DNA of 64,000 nucleotides from a virus: positions 59,383 through 123,382 of the IMG/VR virus record IMGVR_UViG_3300045970_000591; one strand, 5' to 3'. Shown one piece after another: positions 58,880 to 64,000 of this stretch. Numbering within the stretch: the first letter of the stretch is position 1; each line of letters starts with the position of its first letter. The notes under the pieces are model-generated. The model was not told where the DNA came from, did no database searches, and worked only from the letters and a program-made list of their open reading frames with translations. A program made the translations under genes and the position numbers.

Positions 58880-59725
58880 TAAGGGGGTTTAGTCTCCTGT
58901 GATAGGTATGGTTCGCCCAGCTTGTTGCGAAGGATAAGCATCGTAAGGTGCCCAAGGGCGGAATGTCTACATACCGTCTCCAGTAATGGTCCATACTAAG
59001 CAAGCCTGCTCAATGCCGCAAGGCATCCTTATCGGATAACACCGGGTGAGGTAACATTGAAGTAAGTGTCAAGGAAAGAATGACTGCTCAAGCGCCGAAA
59101 GGTAACGCAAGCAGTTGAAAAGTAACAGGTGGTGCTGACTTCTTGACAAACCAACTTATTAGATGGTATGAGAAAGGGTAGTGTATTTGTCCGAGCCGTC
59201 GCAAGCAAGGGCTTATATGCAGTTTGAATGGTTTATGGCACCTGTCAAAGGGTGACATCGATCGTGAAAGACGACTTAGTAGCCCGCAAGCGAAAAGTAC
59301 GTGATGTGTTGTATTATGTATCTAACAAGGTATGTATCAACTGAAGTAGCACATCGCAGTAGATTGGCTTAACCGCCGCTCATATGGTTATTTGAACAAA
59401 AGCAAAGACTACTTCGGTGATATTTGAAAGACATCTAATACTTGGGCCGCAAGGTAACTAAGTCTGTTAAAGCTCGCAAGGTAATAACAGTTTATGATAG
59501 AAAGTTCGGAACGGTTTAGCGACTGTGTACTGCTCGCAAGGCAGACGGGAAAGAAATCATAGAGTAGAGTATCACGTCAAGTCTACTGCCTGACTTTAAA
59601 AGGCGATGTTGTTGGTAGACTAGGTTACCGCAAGGGGCTTAGTGGATGTCGTAAGAAGGTTTACTCGCAAGGTATACTGATAATGTACGAAGTATCAACG
59701 CAAAGATTGTAATCTCAGATCTTTG
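58880..59725 (+). ncRNA. GOLLD-like giant structured RNA (boundaries approximate)
   Basis: About 850 nt with no ORF; many cGCAAg/GAAA tetraloop hairpins; 3' caaagattgtaatctcagatctttg; embedded in tRNA array. Confidence 0.65.
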
Positions 59726-59851
59726 ATATAAGAAAGCATATTATGACGAGGGTAGGCAATATAGTCTAGAATGTATAGGTGATGCGTCTTAATAAGAATC
59801 GGACTCTTAGTAGTGTGCTTCCTTATATCCTCGGAGTATAGAACATTATGT

Positions 59852-59926
59852 CGGAAATTCGCCTAGTCTGGCATGGCACTCCGTTTGGGGCGGAGAATAA
59901 CACTAGTTCGAATCTAGTATTTCCGA
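59852..59926 (+). tRNA. tRNA-Pro(TGG), CCA not encoded
   Basis: ctccg-tttgggg-cggag; cggaaat/atttccg acceptor. Confidence 0.85.
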
Positions 59927-60721
59927 CATAATGCTTTGTTTTATATAATCTAAATTCCCGTATATTATGGGTATTAATTTTTCTACACAAGACATCTTAT
60001 ATTTTTCTAGTGTCATTGCTGTAGGATTTTTCGGGTCTAAATACAAGTTAATAGCGGGTAGATAAAAGTATGGATAATATAATCGTTCTTTTATTTTAAT
60101 TTCGTCATACCACTTTATGTATGTTGGCCTCATCCATTTAATATCTTTACTATCTAACCATTGGGCCATATCTAGTTCCCACGATGATTCTAATAATACA
60201 GTTATGTTTTGGTGTTTATTAAAATAATAGAATATTTTTCTTCTACCATTTTTATAAGGTCTATTTCCTACTTTTAAATGAGTAATACATTCTGATTTAC
60301 CGCAAGACTTTTTGGATGTTTTCCATCCTTTGGTATAATATAATGCATCACATACAGGGCAAGTATTCCATAGAATTTTACAGAACTGCCCCGACATAGT
60401 TTTAGGCGAATATGTTCTTGGTGCTTTTGGTTTTCCTATTAAGGATTTACTTGTTATTGCCCGTGATTCTGCAGTCCGCGGCATTCTTCTTGTATTATTA
60501 TAAGTAGCCGAACACGATTTACAACAGAATTTATTTTTCCTAGATGCATATACAAGCGGTGTTTTACATTGGGCACAATAACAAGGCTCGATATTATAAT
60601 CATTAATTCTTTTTTGTTTATTAACTTGTGCTTGTTCCGTGGCCTTGCATCTTGCTAAAATAACATTAGCTACATGTTTTCCAGATTTATAGTATTCTGA
60701 ATCTTTCATATTGTTTTTCAT
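59903..60721 (-). CDS. PD-(D/E)XK (TnsA-like) homing endonuclease; ends antisense in tRNA-Pro
   Basis: FCCKSCSATYNN; ESSWELDMAQWLD...YYPYFYL...YLDPKNP; paralog of 55642..56343. Confidence 0.72.
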   Translation of the reverse strand: MKNNMKDSEYYKSGKHVANVILARCKATEQAQVNKQKRINDYNIEPCYCAQCKTPLVYASRKNKFCCKSCSATYNNTRRMPRTAESRAITSKSLIGKPKAPRTYSPKTMSGQFCKILWNTCPVCDALYYTKGWKTSKKSCGKSECITHLKVGNRPYKNGRRKIFYYFNKHQNITVLLESSWELDMAQWLDSKDIKWMRPTYIKWYDEIKIKERLYYPYFYLPAINLYLDPKNPTAMTLEKYKMSCVEKLIPIIYGNLDYIKQSIMSEILDSN

Positions 60722-60776
60722 ATATGTATTTAGTCTGGAAAGATGTTTTCGAACCTTAAATATGATATCATAATAT

Positions 60777-60850
60777 CTGCGTATAATTCAATGGAAGAAT
60801 ATTCGACTTTTAATCGAACTACCAGGGATCGTTACCCTGTGCGCGGACCA
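60777..60850 (+). tRNA. tRNA-Lys(TTT)
   Basis: ttcga-cttttaa-tcgaa, ACCA. Confidence 0.88.
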
Positions 60851-60900
60851 TATAACACACGGTTAGTAGACAAATACACAGTTAATTTATATAATACATT

Positions 60901-61454
60901 ACCATATTTAAATACACTGTCCCACAAAAGGGCAAAGGTCAGAGGAACTGATCATCCTCGCGCTTCGGCAACCAACAGTGTGTTTTAATATGGTACGTGA
61001 GGTATGCAGGACGTCAAAGTGTATATCCTAAGACATAGACAAAATATTGCGGCCGTGATATTCGACTAGTTTTAGGTTAACTCATGTACCGCCATATTAA
61101 AATACATTAAACGGGAATATACTTGGCGCGACTATTCTTAAACAGCCAAGCGCACGACCGCTACCGCATAGTGTATTTTAATATGATATCCATTTCAGAG
61201 TGTTGACCGGTTTATTCTGCAATGCTTTGATTTATAGTTGTTCGCAATCGAGGGGATTTCGCAGAACGAAAGTTTAAGAGCGTTTAGTACTGAAATTTGC
61301 CAGCTAGATGGTCCTACCATATTAAAAAGCACTGTGGCACTGTGGTAACGAGCCTTCTTAGCGGTTGGCGTTATGGGTTATTCGGTGCTAATCCCAGCGG
61401 TTAGGGGTATAAGTTGCAACTTCCGGTTCGAATCCGACAGTGCTTTTTAATATG
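60901..61454 (+). ncRNA. Run of stem-enclosed small structured RNAs
   Basis: 15-20 bp inverted repeats at 60901/60994, 61093/61185 and 61318/61454; 10-bp stem plus GCCA at 60992..61094. Confidence 0.55.
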
Positions 61455-61459
61455 ATAAA

Positions 61460-61484
61460 CGCCCGCTTCGGCGGGTATTTTTTT
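61460..61484 (+). terminator. Intrinsic terminator closing the RNA array
   Basis: cccgc-ttcg-gcggg plus long T-tract. Confidence 0.85.
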
Positions 61485-61498
61485 GAGTAAAATCCCTA

Positions 61499-61506
61499 GA
61501 TAAATA
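61499..61506 (+). promoter_or_regulatory. T4-type late promoter motif in front of the beta-barrel gene
   Basis: GATAAATA, 4 nt before ATG 61511; the same motif precedes many genes in this window. Confidence 0.65.
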
Positions 61507-61507
61507 G

Positions 61508-63511
61508 TTGATGCTATGGCGTATCCTAATCCTCTTCCTCTTCGCAACTGCGTCATACGCACAGGATAACACCATCAAGGCCATTTCCGGCATGCCATCC
61601 TCGAACGTAGAGATGATCAAGATTGAAATGGTAAGCCCGATACACCAAACACCAGATAGTTTCGACATAACCACACCACCGACGCTGGTGATGGATTTTG
61701 AAGATGTGACAACCGTTGCCCCGCGAAGCGTATCAATCAACCAAGGCAATGTGCGCTCTGTATCTGTGGTCCAATCGGACACCCGAACAAGGGTAATCAT
61801 AAACCTATTCCGTCACACTGATTACAGACTGATGCTCCGTGGCAACTCACTAATGGTAGTGCTTGACAATCCGTTTGAAACAGCAACACCAATGGATACG
61901 CGCCCACCTAAAGAACTACTGGCAGTGGCAAAGAAAGTCCTTGCTGAAGGTAAAGATCCGCAGGAAGCTATTGATGCCCTAAACGCCCTGTTGATGTTGC
62001 CACCAGACGCAACTGCCCAAGAGGCACAAGAGTTGATTGCTGTGGCATACGAGAAGGCTGGTAACCCGGCGAAGGCAATGGCAGAGTTACGCGCATACAT
62101 TGCGATGTATCCAAATAGCAGGAACATAACAAGCCTACGACAGCACCTGATTGCGATGGAGATTGCCACACCACCAGTTCATCTACAAGGGCTGGCAGCA
62201 CGAAAACCGCGCACCGGCAAAGAGAGCAAGGTAGATACAAGCATAACGGAATACTACTACTCAAGCGGAGACCAAGCAGCGCTCATCTCAAATGTCCGAA
62301 CATCAGCAATGTTCCGTGACGACGAGTTCACCACTAAGCTACAATACAGACATTCAACCTATTCAACCATAACAGGAACAGCGCAAAACCGCAACCTGAT
62401 ATCCGTGGCATTCGCCGATTGGGAGAACACATATCGAGGGTACGGGTTCAGAGTAGGTAGACAACAGCCGGCAGATGGTGCCATTGGACGCTACGACGGT
62501 GTGTCCGGAAGGTATGCCGTGAGCGAAGCCTCAACAGTCAAGGTGCTCTTTGGCATTCCATACACCGGAGACAACACTGCTAAACGCCGCTTCTACAGTC
62601 TGGCCTACAGCTACTTCAACGGAACGCCGTGGTCCTTTGACGCATACTACGATCATCAAACAGCAGACTCCCTACCAGAACGACAGGCCCTGGGCCTTAC
62701 TGCCCGCTACTTCAAGAACGACATCTCAGCCACTGCCATAGTGGAATACGACTTCCTATATAGAGTGCTGAACACAACGATGTTCCAAAGCAACATGAAG
62801 TTTGGGGATTACGGCATTTACATACTGGCAGACCGCAGGAAGTCCCCGGTGCTATTTGCCAACAGGGCGCTACTTATCGGCCTAAGCGGTGCCAATCACC
62901 AAGCATACGACACAGTGGCGGAGGTGCTGGAAAAGTCCGGCCTGTCCCATCAGTCAATTTACCAGTTCATCAACGAAACTACGCCGTATAGCTCTGTGTA
63001 TGTCCTGGGTGTCAATAAACAGATAACACCTAAGTGGAACCTAAGCGTAGATGCCCAGTTCTCCAACACCACTGCCAGCACCGATCCTGAGTTCATTCCA
63101 AGCATTGACATGCCGGTGTCCTTAGTGGCGCAGCAAGGTTCAGGTAGAATGATGACGCTAAACGCTCAACTCTACGGTCAGAATGTCCGTGAGAAGGGCA
63201 ACTCAATAAACGCCTTGGTTAGTCTGACTAAAGGTGCGGAGTCAAGCGGTTACACCCTGACCTTCCTTGACTCAACGCCATACAAAGGATTGCGCTTTGA
63301 CACTATGATGATGTATTCCAAGCACCATACGGCGTGGAACAGCACTGGCAACCTCACTGCGTCACTCAAAGTGAACTACAAGATAAACGAGCGTTCAACC
63401 TTTGAGGCGCAAGTGTCGCTAACTAAAACAAACACGCAAGATCAGCAGAACGAAATCTCATCAAGCGCATTTTCACAAACGGTATTTTTAGGTTGGAGGA
63501 TTGACTTTTGA
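61508..63511 (+). CDS. Outer-membrane beta-barrel protein with signal peptide, AMIN-like and TPR domains (putative porin of a porin-cytochrome complex)
   Basis: Signal peptide ending ASYA; PPTLVMDF...VSVVQSDTRTRVIINL (AMIN-like); TPR helices; amphipathic strands ending FLGWRIDF (C-terminal Phe beta-signal); likely start ATG 61511. Confidence 0.75.
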   Translation: MMLWRILILFLFATASYAQDNTIKAISGMPSSNVEMIKIEMVSPIHQTPDSFDITTPPTLVMDFEDVTTVAPRSVSINQGNVRSVSVVQSDTRTRVIINLFRHTDYRLMLRGNSLMVVLDNPFETATPMDTRPPKELLAVAKKVLAEGKDPQEAIDALNALLMLPPDATAQEAQELIAVAYEKAGNPAKAMAELRAYIAMYPNSRNITSLRQHLIAMEIATPPVHLQGLAARKPRTGKESKVDTSITEYYYSSGDQAALISNVRTSAMFRDDEFTTKLQYRHSTYSTITGTAQNRNLISVAFADWENTYRGYGFRVGRQQPADGAIGRYDGVSGRYAVSEASTVKVLFGIPYTGDNTAKRRFYSLAYSYFNGTPWSFDAYYDHQTADSLPERQALGLTARYFKNDISATAIVEYDFLYRVLNTTMFQSNMKFGDYGIYILADRRKSPVLFANRALLIGLSGANHQAYDTVAEVLEKSGLSHQSIYQFINETTPYSSVYVLGVNKQITPKWNLSVDAQFSNTTASTDPEFIPSIDMPVSLVAQQGSGRMMTLNAQLYGQNVREKGNSINALVSLTKGAESSGYTLTFLDSTPYKGLRFDTMMMYSKHHTAWNSTGNLTASLKVNYKINERSTFEAQVSLTKTNTQDQQNEISSSAFSQTVFLGWRIDF

Positions 63512-64000
63512 AAACATTACTATTTTTATTGGCACTGGTGTGCTTTGACGCCCAAGCGGCGGAATGTACCCTATACGAGCAGTCCCATCCGGCGTTTCTA
63601 CTCAGTGGCTCACACCTATCTACTGGTAAGTGCGGCACCTGCGCCAGCTGCCATATCAACAGTGTGTTCACCGGAACACCTACTTCCTGCGTTCAGTGCC
63701 ACAACGGTGATCCATCACGACTAACGGTCGGAAGATCAGCTAAACACATTCCTACCGCCCTACTTGAGTGTAGCTACTGTCACACCACATTGACATTCAC
63801 TGTGGCAACGATGAATCATGTCCCTGTCACTGCCTCAGGAACTAAATGTATAACCTGTCACCTAACAGGAACATCATGGATTGGTAATATGGAGAAAATG
63901 TCCCTTACTCATCAACAAAGAAGCCCTGTCCCTACTGATTGCTCAATGGCAGGATGTCACCGTCCACTTGGAAACAGAGGAACTCTATACCGAAATTGGG
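63508..64000 (+). CDS. Secreted multiheme cytochrome c, open at window edge; not in ORF track
   Basis: TTG start overlapping the porin stop, SD GGAGGA; signal peptide MKTLLFLLALVCFDAQA; CASCH, CVQCH, CSYCH, CITCH and CSMAGCH; spaced His ligand candidates. Confidence 0.88.
   Translation, partial: MKTLLFLLALVCFDAQAAECTLYEQSHPAFLLSGSHLSTGKCGTCASCHINSVFTGTPTSCVQCHNGDPSRLTVGRSAKHIPTALLECSYCHTTLTFTVATMNHVPVTASGTKCITCHLTGTSWIGNMEKMSLTHQQRSPVPTDCSMAGCHRPLGNRGTLYRNW

Noticed and set aside
43496-61094. Theta (HDV-like) ribozymes at tRNA 3' ends
   Set aside because: Sequences directly after CCA are AT-rich linkers and I could not fit the nested double pseudoknot by eye; a descriptor search is needed to exclude it
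61328-61443. Intron-containing tRNA
   Set aside because: The apparent acceptor stem is part of an 18-bp closing inverted repeat; T-stem incomplete, no CCA, no clear anticodon arm
61460-61510. Prophage attachment junction into host chromosome
   Set aside because: Not favoured: no integrase or att duplication seen and a late-promoter motif precedes the porin; not excluded without flanking sequence and reads
61447-63671. Minus-strand ORFs over the porin and cytochrome genes
   Set aside because: Antisense shadows in a GC-richer region; plus-strand genes have clear signal peptides and motifs
42-64000. Stop-codon reassignment
   Set aside because: Long genes are intact in code 11 and end in TAA, TAG or TGA; no CTA, TTA or TCA anticodon tRNA found

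Overview
64 kb of a T4-like (gp23-type capsid) jumbo myophage genome; the host is possibly a betaproteobacterial Fe-oxidiser (inference from the last two genes). 1-11 kb: major capsid protein, Hef-like homing endonuclease, neck and tail-terminator genes. 2.8-34 kb: many fibre/spike genes with (Gly-X-Ser)n collagen-like tracts, 14-aa beta-roll repeats and S74 chaperones. 13-42 kb, interleaved with the fibre genes: a glycan-decoration kit (GT2/GT4/GT9-like glycosyltransferases, methyltransferases, three sulfotransferases, an APS-kinase/nucleotidyltransferase fusion, a carbamoyltransferase). 42.5-61.5 kb: an RNA array of about 37 tRNA or tRNA-like genes, a GOLLD-like giant ncRNA, stem-enclosed small RNAs (several displaying isolated anticodon stem-loops), five endonuclease genes, rpoZ, nrdJ, an orphan response regulator and a PQ-loop protein. 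61.5-64 kb: an outer-membrane beta-barrel gene behind a phage late-promoter motif, coupled to a multiheme cytochrome c (missed by the ORF track), i.e. an apparent phage-borne porin-cytochrome electron conduit. All calls are by eye; no database searches were run.
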